Origin: an uncultured Nitrospiraceae bacterium
Lineage (GTDB): Bacteria; Nitrospirota; Nitrospiria; Nitrospirales; Nitrospiraceae
Reading direction: 5' to 3'
DNA length: 64,000 bases
NCBI GenBank assembly: GCA_963730935.1
Contig: CAVSTP010000004.1
Location: forward strand, 1,312,001 to 1,376,000
Below the pieces are notes generated by a model. The model was given only the letters and a program-made list of their open reading frames with translations, had not been told where the DNA came from and made no database searches. Positions 1-9,784 of the stretch are shown in pieces (position 1 is the first letter of the stretch; each line of letters starts with the position of its first letter). Made by a program: the position numbers and the translations under genes.

Positions 1-1002
1 ATCGGTCAGACGGCTAATCTCGTCCCGGATCTTTTGACGCTGGAAGATTTCTCCCGGCTTGATCTTCATCTTGTCGCGCAACTCGGGCTCTTCGAAGACC
101 GTGTTGCCGCGGAAACCAACCTCGGCGACGGTGAACGGCTCCCCCTCGTTCACGGCGTACGTGACGTTAAACCACTTCTTATCTTCACTGAGCTCGACGG
201 TCGGCAGACCGACCTGAGCGTTGAGATACCCTTTGTTGAGCAGCACTTCCCTAATCCGCTCGACGTCATTGTTCATCTCCTCGCGTTTGAGGACGCCCGC
301 GTCGGAGAGAAACGACGGCAGCTTCAATTGGGTGAAGAGTCCGTACCACGGCACCCACTCGCGGGTGGCAGTGACCTTGAACATCTCGCTCTTGGAGGCC
401 GACCGCATGCCCTCGAAATTGACAGATTTGATCTTGGCCTTTTCCCCTTCCTTGACGAAAAACGTGAGCCGCTTCCGGTCTTCGTCCAGCGTCTGGACGA
501 TGGGAAAGACCTGGGCGCTGAAATAGCCGTCCTCTTGATAAGCCAGACGGATTTTTTCCGCGCTTTCCTTGGCCTGCTGCTGGTCCAGAAACGCCTGGCT
601 TTTAATCGTGATTTTTTCCTTGAGCTTGTCGTCGCTTAATTCCTCGTTGCCGTCGAAGACGATTTCGGTGATGAACGGTTTCTCTTGCACGACGAACGTC
701 AGGGCGATCCCTTCTGGTGTCGCCTCTGTTTCCAGCTGCACGTCTTCAAAGTAGCCGGTTTCATAGAGAATCTTGATTTGCCCCCGAACGTTTTCAGGGG
801 TATACGGGTCGCCCGGCTTCAAGGTCAATCGTCCTTGAATGGCGGGAAGCTCGATTTTCTTGTTGCCGCGAATCTCGATGGAGGCCACCTTGGCCGTCGG
901 GGTCTGCGCCAGCGCCTCACGCACAGGGCCGGCCGCGACGAAAACCAGGATCAGCATCACCAGCAACCAGTGCAGGCGTTGTACGGAAAACACCTCCGTC
1001 AC
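1..1002 (-). CDS. bamA: Outer membrane protein assembly factor BamA (N-terminal POTRA domains; runs off the window edge)
   Basis: Not in the ORF track. Manual translation gives a signal peptide, then POTRA-type repeats (VASIEIRGNKKI...LYETGYFEDV...VQEKPFITEIVFDGNEEL...GYF...VKEGEK). Start is GTG at 1002 (GGGAG upstream) or 993. Confidence 0.9.
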   Translation of the reverse strand, partial: MTEVFSVQRLHWLLVMLILVFVAAGPVREALAQTPTAKVASIEIRGNKKIELPAIQGRLTLKPGDPYTPENVRGQIKILYETGYFEDVQLETEATPEGIALTFVVQEKPFITEIVFDGNEELSDDKLKEKITIKSQAFLDQQQAKESAEKIRLAYQEDGYFSAQVFPIVQTLDEDRKRLTFFVKEGEKAKIKSVNFEGMRSASKSEMFKVTATREWVPWYGLFTQLKLPSFLSDAGVLKREEMNNDVERIREVLLNKGYLNAQVGLPTVELSEDKKWFNVTYAVNEGEPFTVAEVGFRGNTVFEEPELRDKMKIKPGEIFQRQKIRDEISRLTD

Positions 1003-1210
1003 TAGCACCAGGCTCCCGAACGGTCCACCGAGTATAACAACCCCATCCAAAGGCCTCGATTAGGGGAGGAAGAACGCCCTTCACCTGAGCCCCGCAGTTG
1101 AGCCGGACCGGGAGCCATGGATGACAGCGGCAATGAAGGTCAACTGACGTGAGATGCCTACGCATGCAGCGTTGCAGCATCAGCCACGAACCTGAGTAAA
1201 AAACTCCCGG

Positions 1211-1239
1211 ATTATATGGGGCAAGTGCTTCAATGTAAA
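1211..1239 (-). promoter_or_regulatory. Sigma70-like promoter upstream of bamA
   Basis: TTTACA-N17-TATAAT on the minus strand. Confidence 0.6.
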
Positions 1240-1297
1240 GCCGAACTGGGCCGGATCGGCGCCAGCAACTGAACGCGTCGGAGACATGGGCGATTCC

Positions 1298-1326
1298 TTG
1301 ACATCACCTACCCCATCACATACTAT
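1298..1326 (+). promoter_or_regulatory. Sigma70-like promoter of galU (leaderless geometry)
   Basis: TTGACA-N17-TACTAT, 6 nt before the ATG at 1333; no Shine-Dalgarno. Confidence 0.7.
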
Positions 1327-1332
1327 CGCCGT

Positions 1333-2238
1333 ATGCCGCGCACTGAGGTTCGTAAAGCCATTCTTCCCGCCGCGGGTCTCGGGACGCGGTTTCTTCCAGC
1401 GACCAAGGCGTCTCCCAAGGAAATGCTTCCCCTGGTTGACAAGCCGCTCATTCAATATGCGGTGGAAGAGGCGGTCGCCTCCGGCATCGAAGACATTATC
1501 GTCATCACCGGCCGAGGCAAGCGCGCCATCGAAGACCATTTCGATCGCTCCGTTGAGTTGGAAGAAAACCTCAAGGGCAACGGGAAGGGCCAGCTGCTCA
1601 GTCAGATCCGGCATATTTCGAACCTGGCCAATTTCTGTTACGTGCGGCAGTCCGAAGCCTTGGGCCTTGGGCATGCCGTGCTCTGCGCGCAACATTTGAT
1701 CGGCGATGAACCGTTTGCCGTCATGCTGGGCGATGAAATCATCGATGCCTCCGTGCCAGCTCTTGCACAACTGGTGCATACCTACAAGAAGCATCACGGC
1801 GCGGTTCTGGGCATTCAGGAAGTGCCCCATCAGGAAGTCAACCGGTACGGCATCATCTCGCCGGAGCGGCTGTCGGACGGTCTCTATAAGGTGGCGGATC
1901 TCGTCGAGAAGCCGGCGCCCTCGGACGCTCCCTCGAATTTGGCCGTCATCGGCCGTTACGTGCTGCCTCCGGAAATTTTTCCGATTTTGCGCAAGACGAA
2001 GCCGGGGAAGAACGGAGAGATTCAGCTCACCGACGCACTGAGGGAATTGGCCAAGCATTCCCCGATGTTTGCGCTCGAAGTCAAAGGAAACCGCTACGAC
2101 GCCGGCGACAAGCTGGGTTTCCTCATCGCGACCGTCGAATTTGCGCTGAAAAACCCGTCGTTGGGCGCAGACTTCGCAGACTACCTTCGGAGCCGCACCG
2201 AGTCGGCCGGGGAGCATCGCCGCACCGGCAGAGCCTAG
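1333..2238 (+). CDS. galU: UTP-glucose-1-phosphate uridylyltransferase
   Basis: KAILPAAGLGTRFLPATKASPKEMLP, LGLGHA, VEKP, EIQLTDA motifs. Confidence 0.97.
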   Translation: MPRTEVRKAILPAAGLGTRFLPATKASPKEMLPLVDKPLIQYAVEEAVASGIEDIIVITGRGKRAIEDHFDRSVELEENLKGNGKGQLLSQIRHISNLANFCYVRQSEALGLGHAVLCAQHLIGDEPFAVMLGDEIIDASVPALAQLVHTYKKHHGAVLGIQEVPHQEVNRYGIISPERLSDGLYKVADLVEKPAPSDAPSNLAVIGRYVLPPEIFPILRKTKPGKNGEIQLTDALRELAKHSPMFALEVKGNRYDAGDKLGFLIATVEFALKNPSLGADFADYLRSRTESAGEHRRTGRA

Positions 2239-2295
2239 CCATCGTATCCGTTCCGTGTCGAAGAACGATTCAACCGAGATCGTGAGCGCACGCCG

Positions 2296-4797
2296 ATGAG
2301 CGAATCGATCGAACAAGACCTGACGCCGCCTCAAAACGTGGAAATTCCCGACCAGCTGCCGCTGCTGCCGGTGCGCGACATCGTCGTGTTTCCGTACATG
2401 GTGCTGCCGCTGTTCGTCGGCCGCGAGATGTCGATCAAGGCCATCGAGGCCGCGCTGGCGGGCAACCGGATGATCTTCTTGGCGACGCAAAAGGCCCTCG
2501 ACGTCGAGAACCCCACCCCTGACGACATCCATGTGATCGGCACGGTCGGCATCATTATGCGGATGCTGAAGCTGCCCGACGAGCGGATCAAAATTCTCGT
2601 TCAAGGCCTCTCAAAGGCCAAGATTTCCGGCTATATCCAAACCGATCCGTATTATTCCGTGCGCATCGAAAAAATCAACGAGACCAAGGCCGCGAGCTCC
2701 ACCCTCGAGAGCGAAGCGGTGATGCGAACCGTCAAGGAGCAAATCGAACGGATTGTCAGCCTTGGGAAGGTGCTGATTCCGGACGTGATGGTCGTCATCG
2801 AAAATTTGGAGGATCCGGGCCGCTTGGCCGACATGATCGCCTCCAATCTGGGTCTCAAAGTCGAAGTGACCCAGTCGGTACTGGAGATCACGGAGCCGCT
2901 CAAGCGTCTGCGGCAAATCAGCGAAATCCTGGCGAAGGAAATCGAAGTCCTCTCGATGCAACAGAAAATTCAGGCCCAGGCCAAGGGTGAGATGGACAAG
3001 ACCCAGCGTGAATATTTTCTGCGAGAGCAGCTCAAGGCGATTCAAAAGGAGCTCGGCGAGCTGGACGAACGGGCCGAGGAAGTCGCGGAGTTCCGCAAGC
3101 GCGTCAAAGACGCCAAGATGCCCGAGAAGGTGCTGAAGGAAACTGAAAAGCAGCTCAAGCGTCTGGAGAAGATGCACCCGGACACCGCGGAATCGGCGAC
3201 GGTTCGCACCTATCTTGAGTGGATGGTCGAGCTGCCCTGGTCCAAAAAATCGAAAGACAACCTGGATCTACGGGCCGCGAACAAGGTCCTCAATGAAGAT
3301 CACTACGACCTGGAAAAGGTGAAGGAACGCATTCTCGAGTACCTGGCCGTCAGAAAGCTGAAAGAAAAGATGAAAGGCCCGATCCTCTGTTTCGTGGGCC
3401 CGCCCGGAGTCGGCAAAACATCGCTGGGCAAGTCGATCGCCCGCGCACTTGGCCGCGAGTTCGTGCGCATCAGTCTGGGCGGCGTGCGCGATGAAGCCGA
3501 GATCCGCGGCCATCGACGGACCTATGTCGGCGCCCTGCCCGGCCGCATGATTCAAGGCATGAAACAGGCCGGTACCAGCAACCCGGTCTTCATGCTGGAC
3601 GAAATCGATAAGGTCGGCATGGATTTTCGTGGCGACCCCTCGGCCGCCCTGCTCGAGGTGCTCGATCCCGAGCAAAACAACACCTTTACCGACCATTATC
3701 TGGGCGTGCCGTTCGATCTCTCGGAAGTGATGTTCATCACCACGGCGAACCTCATCGATCCGATTCTTCCTGCCCTTCGCGACCGCATGGAGATCATCGA
3801 GATCCCCGGCTACACCGAAGAGGAGAAGCTCGGTATCGCCCAGCGTTACCTCATCCCGCGACAGCTCAATGAGCACGGCATCACGGAGAAGCACGTCAAA
3901 ATCGTCGAAGCGGCGATCCGCCAGATCATCATCCATTACACGCGCGAAGCCGGGGTCCGAAATCTCGAACGGGAAATCGCCAATGTGATGCGCAAGGTAG
4001 CCAAAAAGGTCGCTGAGGGCAAAGGGCTGGGATTCCCCGTGAACGCCGGCAATCTGCACAAATATCTCGGCGTTCCGAAGTTCGTGCCTGAATCGGAGCT
4101 CGAGAAAGACGAAATCGGCGTGGCGACCGGTCTGGCCTGGACCGAGGCCGGCGGCGACGTGCTCTATATTGAAGCGACGGTCATGAAGGGCAAGGGCGCT
4201 CTGACCTTGACGGGTCATCTCGGCGACGTCATGAAGGAATCGGCGCAGGCCGCCTTGAGCTACGTCCGCTCGCGCGAAAAAACTCTCGGCATCAACCCAG
4301 ATATGTTCACCAAGCAGGACCTGCACATCCATGTGCCGGCCGGCGCCATTCCCAAAGACGGTCCCTCCGCCGGCATCACCATGGCGACCGCCATCGCATC
4401 GGCCATGGCGCAGGTGCCGACGCGCCGGGATCTGGCGATGACCGGTGAAATCACATTGCGGGGGCGCGTGCTGCCGATCGGGGGCTTGAAGGAAAAAATC
4501 CTTGCGGCCAAACGCGCGAGATTGACCGCTGTGATTCTGCCGAAGCGCAACAAGAAGGATCTCGACGAGATCCCGAAGCACATTCTCAAAGGCATCCAGC
4601 TCGTGTTTGCCGATACGATGGACGATGTGATGAAAGTGGCCTTGCGGCGAAGAACCCCGATGAAGAAGGCGAGCCGGCCGCAGTCCCCGCAGGAATCGCC
4701 GAAGCCGGTGCCCCGCATCGAAAAATCGAGGCGAGCCGAGCAAACCGCACATGCACGATCAGCTGCACCTCCGCTGACCTCCCACCGGCCGCATTAG
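2296..4797 (+). CDS. lon: ATP-dependent protease La
   Basis: Lon N-domain ([13 protein letters not shown]), Walker [10 protein letters not shown], protease motif [14 protein letters not shown]. Confidence 0.98.
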   Translation: MSESIEQDLTPPQNVEIPDQLPLLPVRDIVVFPYMVLPLFVGREMSIKAIEAALAGNRMIFLATQKALDVENPTPDDIHVIGTVGIIMRMLKLPDERIKILVQGLSKAKISGYIQTDPYYSVRIEKINETKAASSTLESEAVMRTVKEQIERIVSLGKVLIPDVMVVIENLEDPGRLADMIASNLGLKVEVTQSVLEITEPLKRLRQISEILAKEIEVLSMQQKIQAQAKGEMDKTQREYFLREQLKAIQKELGELDERAEEVAEFRKRVKDAKMPEKVLKETEKQLKRLEKMHPDTAESATVRTYLEWMVELPWSKKSKDNLDLRAANKVLNEDHYDLEKVKERILEYLAVRKLKEKMKGPILCFVGPPGVGKTSLGKSIARALGREFVRISLGGVRDEAEIRGHRRTYVGALPGRMIQGMKQAGTSNPVFMLDEIDKVGMDFRGDPSAALLEVLDPEQNNTFTDHYLGVPFDLSEVMFITTANLIDPILPALRDRMEIIEIPGYTEEEKLGIAQRYLIPRQLNEHGITEKHVKIVEAAIRQIIIHYTREAGVRNLEREIANVMRKVAKKVAEGKGLGFPVNAGNLHKYLGVPKFVPESELEKDEIGVATGLAWTEAGGDVLYIEATVMKGKGALTLTGHLGDVMKESAQAALSYVRSREKTLGINPDMFTKQDLHIHVPAGAIPKDGPSAGITMATAIASAMAQVPTRRDLAMTGEITLRGRVLPIGGLKEKILAAKRARLTAVILPKRNKKDLDEIPKHILKGIQLVFADTMDDVMKVALRRRTPMKKASRPQSPQESPKPVPRIEKSRRAEQTAHARSAAPPLTSHRPH

Positions 4798-4798
4798 C

Positions 4799-5854
4799 AT
4801 GACCTTGTCGGTCCGCTCTCAGACCAGTTCAACGATCCGTGAATTCGACCTGATCCGGACACTCAAGAAACGGTACGGAACGACGAGTGCCCAGATTGTC
4901 CGCGGCATCGGCGACGACGCCGCGGTGATCGCCTCCGGCCGCAAACGGTACTTGTTGACGACCGATCTCCTTGTCGAGGGCATCCATTTCGACCGCCGCA
5001 CCGCCGCCTTCACCGACATCGGGTTTCGGGCCGCAACCGCCAATCTCAGCGACATCGCCGCCATGGGGGGAACTCCAGAGTATCTCCTGGTTGCCCTGGC
5101 CATTCCTCGTGACGCAACAGCGCGGCAGGTGCAGCAGTTGTATGACGGCATGATGGCCGCCTGCCGCCCTCATCGGGTCAGACTGATCGGTGGCGACACG
5201 TCCGCGTCGAGGGGGGACTGGTTCGTCAATATTATGCTCGTCGGATCAGCACTACGAGGCCGAATGATGTTCAGAAGCGGAGCGAAGGTGGGCGACGACC
5301 TCTATGTCACGGGCACACTTGGGGATTCCCGAGCGGGGCTTCACGTGCTGCAGCGGCCGCGAGGAATGGCCCCCGCGCGATCCCTGCCGGCCGCACATCG
5401 GCGGCTCTTGATCCAACGGCACTTGCGGCCAACCGCGCGCATTCGGGAAGGACGCTGGCTCTCGAAATCCCGCTGGGCGACTTCGGCCATTGATCTGTCG
5501 GACGGACTCGCCGGCGACCTCCGCCATCTCTGTGCGGAAAGTGGAGTCGGGGCCCTGATAGAGCTGGCTGCGCTGCCGGTTTCCTCTGCCTGCCGTCAGT
5601 ACGCCTTTTCCCTAAGGCAGGATCCCAAAGCCCTCGCCTTGGCCGGAGGAGAAGACTATGAACTCCTGTTCACGGTGTCTGCACGGCACCGGACTCGGTT
5701 CGAACGGGCGTCGGCGCAACAGCATCTCCGAATGACCAGGGTGGGAAGAATGACGGCTGCGAAGGAGGGGCTTCGCATGACGCTGCCGGACGGACGCCAG
5801 CGCCCGCTGCCCTGCTCCAGTTACGAACATTTCCGCTCAAGGCCGTCAAGATAG
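4799..5854 (+). CDS. thiL: Thiamine-monophosphate kinase
   Basis: GIGDDAA, NLSDIAAMGG, GGDT, DLSDGL, GGEDYELLF motifs. Confidence 0.95.
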   Translation: MTLSVRSQTSSTIREFDLIRTLKKRYGTTSAQIVRGIGDDAAVIASGRKRYLLTTDLLVEGIHFDRRTAAFTDIGFRAATANLSDIAAMGGTPEYLLVALAIPRDATARQVQQLYDGMMAACRPHRVRLIGGDTSASRGDWFVNIMLVGSALRGRMMFRSGAKVGDDLYVTGTLGDSRAGLHVLQRPRGMAPARSLPAAHRRLLIQRHLRPTARIREGRWLSKSRWATSAIDLSDGLAGDLRHLCAESGVGALIELAALPVSSACRQYAFSLRQDPKALALAGGEDYELLFTVSARHRTRFERASAQQHLRMTRVGRMTAAKEGLRMTLPDGRQRPLPCSSYEHFRSRPSR

Positions 5855-5863
5855 CTGCAACCC

Positions 5864-6340
5864 ATGGCCTCATTCCAAGCTCTTCTCAAGCAGGTACTCC
5901 ATCTTCAGGAATCGCCGCACCGCACGGCGCTGGCATTTGCGATCGGCTGTGGGATAGCCTTCTGCCCTCTGTACGGCTTTCACATGGTCCTGGTGGGACT
6001 CTGCACATGGGCGTTCAAGCTCAATTTTGTGGCGTTGCTCGCCGGCGCCCTCATCAACAACCCGTGGACCCTCGTGCCGGTCCTGGGCGCCACCTACTGG
6101 ACTGGCGCCGTCCTGCTCGGGCGATCGGAAAGTCCTTCGTTCGACTGGGGTGAACTCGGTTTCAGCGCGATTTACGAGCAGGTCATCCCGTATGCCGTGC
6201 CTTTTGCACTCGGTGGGGTCGTACTCAGCCTGATCGCGGGGATCCTGTCCTATCCGCTGGCGCTCTATGTCATCACGAAGCATCGGCAGTCGGTCGCCAG
6301 GCATGCGGAGCCATTGCCGCCTCCCAAGCCGCTACGTTAA
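5864..6340 (+). CDS. DUF2062-family membrane protein
   Basis: SPHRTALAFAIG, NNPWT motifs; hydrophobic segments. Confidence 0.75.
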   Translation: MASFQALLKQVLHLQESPHRTALAFAIGCGIAFCPLYGFHMVLVGLCTWAFKLNFVALLAGALINNPWTLVPVLGATYWTGAVLLGRSESPSFDWGELGFSAIYEQVIPYAVPFALGGVVLSLIAGILSYPLALYVITKHRQSVARHAEPLPPPKPLR

Positions 6341-6354
6341 GATGTTTCGGCCCC

Positions 6355-7782
6355 ATGGCACGGCATCCGTCCACTCACCCACCCGATGCTCCCTATGAGG
6401 GCTCGGCCCTCATCGCTGATCCCATTCATAAGTATGTGTCCTTCACCGTGCCTTCGAGCCAGGCGGATCCGCACGAGCGGACGGAAAAGGATCTGATCGA
6501 CTCTCCCTGGGTACAGCGCCTCCGGCAGATCTATCAGCTTCAAAGCGCCCGTTGGGTCTACCCCTCCGCCGAGCACACGCGCTTCGTCCATTCAATCGGA
6601 ACGATGCACGTGGCTGGTCGCTTCGCGCGACATCTCTACCCGTTCCTAGTCAAGGCGGTTCCGGACGTTCCCTCGGCCAATTATGTCGAAGAATTCCTGC
6701 GGGTGACCGCCCTGGTGCATGACATCGGCCATGGACCGTTTTGCCATTTCTTCGATGACAACTACCTGCATGCCCTGCAGGCAAGCCACGAGAAGCTCGG
6801 CCAGCTCATCATTCGGGACCACCTCGGCCCCATCATTAAAAAAATCCGCCGCAGTCCATCAGGGGCGTTTGCAAAAGGCGAAGAGCTCAATCCTGACCAG
6901 ATCGCCCATGTGATCCTGAAGGAAAAGAGTAAGGACAACTCACGGCTGCCGCGCTGGCTCAACATGCTGCAGCCGGTGATCTCGGGCAGCTATACGGCCG
7001 ACAACCTGGACTATGTGCTGCGCGATTCCTACATGTGCGGCGTCGCCGTAGGGCCCGTCGATTTGACTCGTCTGATCCATTACACGATTATCACGGACAA
7101 AGGCTTTACCATTCACAAGACCGGCCTTCCGGCGCTGCAGATGTTCCTCAATACGAGAATGTATCTGTATTCGAATGTTTACTTCCACCGGACGACTCGT
7201 GCGATCGATATTCATCTGCGCGACATTTTCGGCGACACGATGAAGCTGTTGTTTCCCCACGATCCGCGAAAACGGATGGACGAGTATCTGACGTTTACCG
7301 ATTGGTCGCTGCTCGAAGCGGTGCGCGGCTGGAAGACGTCTCGTCACGCCGTCGAACGGCGGCTGGGAGAGGAATGGGGAAGGATTCTGGGCCGGGACGT
7401 GAAGTGGAAGATGGCCTACAGCACGGTGCTCAAGGAGAAGGGCCAAGAGCGGGGGATGGACTTCCCAAGCCACCACCATTTCGAAAAACAGATTCGAAAA
7501 GAAATGCCGCGAAGTCTGCAGCAGGTCGAGTTCCGTGTGGACATGGCACCGCTGGATCCCCGTCCGGACCCCAAGGATCAGCGGGGCATACCCCTCTATG
7601 TGTATGACCCGGGGACGAGGACGGTGTCCACTGAACCGTTGGAAGAATTTCTTGACCTGCTGCCGACCCGACTGGTCCAATTCCGCATCTACTCGCTGGA
7701 TCACCAGCACGATGCGGTGCTGTCCCGCGCCGCGGCCACGGTGCTCAACAAGACGCCGTCGAGCATCGAGTCGAATTACTAG
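6355..7782 (+). CDS. HD-domain phosphohydrolase (dNTP triphosphohydrolase/SAMHD1-like)
   Basis: QRLRQIYQL, HTRFVHSIG, HDIGHGPFCH, DNLDYVLRD motifs. Confidence 0.88.
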   Translation: MARHPSTHPPDAPYEGSALIADPIHKYVSFTVPSSQADPHERTEKDLIDSPWVQRLRQIYQLQSARWVYPSAEHTRFVHSIGTMHVAGRFARHLYPFLVKAVPDVPSANYVEEFLRVTALVHDIGHGPFCHFFDDNYLHALQASHEKLGQLIIRDHLGPIIKKIRRSPSGAFAKGEELNPDQIAHVILKEKSKDNSRLPRWLNMLQPVISGSYTADNLDYVLRDSYMCGVAVGPVDLTRLIHYTIITDKGFTIHKTGLPALQMFLNTRMYLYSNVYFHRTTRAIDIHLRDIFGDTMKLLFPHDPRKRMDEYLTFTDWSLLEAVRGWKTSRHAVERRLGEEWGRILGRDVKWKMAYSTVLKEKGQERGMDFPSHHHFEKQIRKEMPRSLQQVEFRVDMAPLDPRPDPKDQRGIPLYVYDPGTRTVSTEPLEEFLDLLPTRLVQFRIYSLDHQHDAVLSRAAATVLNKTPSSIESNY

Positions 7783-8528
7783 GTCGACACCTTCAACGAG
7801 CGCGTCTCCCACAAGAGCGACTTCAAATCTTGAAGCTTCTTCAGTTGGGTCACAGACGGCCCGTCGAGGTGATGACGTTCGAGCGGAAAGCGTCCTTCGA
7901 ATTGCTCGATAGCCAGGCGTGCCTCATCGTCCCGTCCCGCTTGCAGGAGCAAATCCATCAACCGGAGGGAGGCCGGAACAATGTGGGAAACATGCCGCGC
8001 CTCCTTCGTACGCTCCACGACATACCGCAGTCCTTCGACCGCCGCGGCCCGATCAGTGTTCCCAAAGCACCATCCTTCGAGCAGATGCATGCTGATGCGG
8101 TCTGTATCGGCACTAATGCTCTTCCGCCAGGCTCCCTTGACCAACGCGCAGAGCTCTTCGGTCGACAGCCGGACAGGATGTTTTTTCGACGACTGCTGCA
8201 ACCGGCTCACGAGTTGTCTGGCTTCCGCCCATCCGCCGTAGAGCCCGACCAACAGGCCCTGGCATGGGACAGCGCCGCTGCAGGAGCCGTCAAGTGGAGA
8301 GAACTCGACCTTCCCCACTACTGTGGGCAGGAAGACCCGTCCGTGCGCCTGGACGCAGACAGGGCAAGACGTCCGATCATCCGGCAGGACGTAGAGATAC
8401 AACCGCACAACCGAACGATCAAACAGATCGATGGCTTGAATGCGTCCAGACCGGACCTGCAGTTGGTGGAAGAGCCACAAGCCCAGCAGCGCCAGGATGC
8501 CAAACAGGTAGAGCGTGCTTTCTGCCAT
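7779..8528 (-). CDS. Membrane-anchored hypothetical protein with a Cys-rich motif
   Basis: GAGGG SD before the ATG at 8528; N-terminal hydrophobic helix; DDRTSCPVC...C...C. Confidence 0.7.
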   Translation of the reverse strand: MAESTLYLFGILALLGLWLFHQLQVRSGRIQAIDLFDRSVVRLYLYVLPDDRTSCPVCVQAHGRVFLPTVVGKVEFSPLDGSCSGAVPCQGLLVGLYGGWAEARQLVSRLQQSSKKHPVRLSTEELCALVKGAWRKSISADTDRISMHLLEGWCFGNTDRAAAVEGLRYVVERTKEARHVSHIVPASLRLMDLLLQAGRDDEARLAIEQFEGRFPLERHHLDGPSVTQLKKLQDLKSLLWETRSLKVST

Positions 8529-8643
8529 AAGTCCCTCGATCGACAATACCGCAGTGAGCAGCATAGCACCGGGTCCCGTAAACCCAAGCGAAATGCCAAA
8601 TTCATGTGGCGTCGTCGTAGGGAGAGGGAGGGCTGGGCTGATG

Positions 8644-9651
8644 TTACTGCTTGATGTGAAGCGCTTCTGGACTGGGCTGGGAGTCGGAACCAGAGAGGGC
8701 GGGGACCGACCCTGACCCGTTCTTGAACGGCAGGTCGAGCAGCGCGTAGGGGTTCACGCGGGCGCCGTTGAGTTTTACGCCCCAGTGCAGATGCGGGCCG
8801 GTCGCACGGCCGGTGGCCCCCACCTTCCCAAGGATTTGCCCGGCTTTCACGAGATCGCCGTCCTTGACGAGGACTTCGGACAGATGGAAGTACATGCTGT
8901 AGAAACCTAACCCGTGATCCACGAACACACCCTTGCCGGAAAACACATGATTGACGGTGAGCCGCACGACGCCGTCGTTGGTGGCAGCGACATCTGTGCC
9001 CAGCGGTGCGCCGATATCTTCACCGTTGTGCGGATTGCGCGCCTGACCGTTCATGATGCGAACGCTGCCGAAGATGCCGGTGCGCTTGCCGCTCACCGGC
9101 TCGATGAAGCCGCTGTGCCATAACCGAAGCGCGGAATTATCCGACAGCGCCTGCCGTACCTGCTCCTGTTCCATCTTCCAACGGGCCAGCGTCTTGTCGT
9201 CCAGATCGACTTTGTCCTTGGGCAGCTTCAAATGCTCGACGGCGAATTTTTCCTTCGCGACCAGTACATGATAGCTGAGCTGCCTGACCTGTTGTTCGCC
9301 GTTCTTGATAGTCACTGCGAGTTCATAGGTGCCGGGCGCATCCTGCATGTCGATGCCGACCAAGCCCAGATACCCGGACGGTTCTCCTGCCCGGATCTCC
9401 CGGAAGAACGGAATCGTCCGGTCCAGGAAGGTGCCTTTGACTTCGGTCGCCTCTTCGGCGACCGGGACCTTCACCAGTACCACTTGTCCTTGCCGGCCGC
9501 TGTATTGCCCGTCGATGCCCTTGGGCGCAGGAGGGGCATTCGGGAACAGCTCGACTGGAAAGACGCTGGTCAGGAGCACGACCAGCATGATCAGCGTGCG
9601 GTCCAACCGGGACACCCGTTGACCCACCTGTTTCAACGCGGAACTGAGCAT
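8644..9651 (-). CDS. M23 family metallopeptidase
   Basis: HNGEDI (HxxxD) and TGPHLHW (HxH) motifs; N-terminal hydrophobic segment. Confidence 0.92.
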   Translation of the reverse strand: MLSSALKQVGQRVSRLDRTLIMLVVLLTSVFPVELFPNAPPAPKGIDGQYSGRQGQVVLVKVPVAEEATEVKGTFLDRTIPFFREIRAGEPSGYLGLVGIDMQDAPGTYELAVTIKNGEQQVRQLSYHVLVAKEKFAVEHLKLPKDKVDLDDKTLARWKMEQEQVRQALSDNSALRLWHSGFIEPVSGKRTGIFGSVRIMNGQARNPHNGEDIGAPLGTDVAATNDGVVRLTVNHVFSGKGVFVDHGLGFYSMYFHLSEVLVKDGDLVKAGQILGKVGATGRATGPHLHWGVKLNGARVNPYALLDLPFKNGSGSVPALSGSDSQPSPEALHIKQ

Positions 9652-9696
9652 CGGATACCTCGAACCTATCGACGAACCTAGAAGCTAAAGGTGCTT

Positions 9697-9761
9697 TGTC
9701 TCCACCGCCCACCAGAAGCACCAAGACGCTTCGCGGCGTGCCGCGGCGGGCGGGTGAGACA
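9697..9761. repeat. Imperfect GC-rich inverted repeat downstream of pafA
   Basis: TGTCTCCACCGCCC ... GGGCGGGTGAGACA. Confidence 0.4.
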
Positions 9762-9784
9762 GACTGGCTTTGGTGACAGCTTCA

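Noticed and set aside
1129..1161. Fluoride-riboswitch or 6S-like RNA (GGCAATG...CCTAC)
   Set aside because: The required pairing partners are absent and the gene context does not fit.
6355..7782. HD dNTPase as an anti-phage defence gene
   Set aside because: It sits in a housekeeping operon with no defence-island context; the family is widespread.
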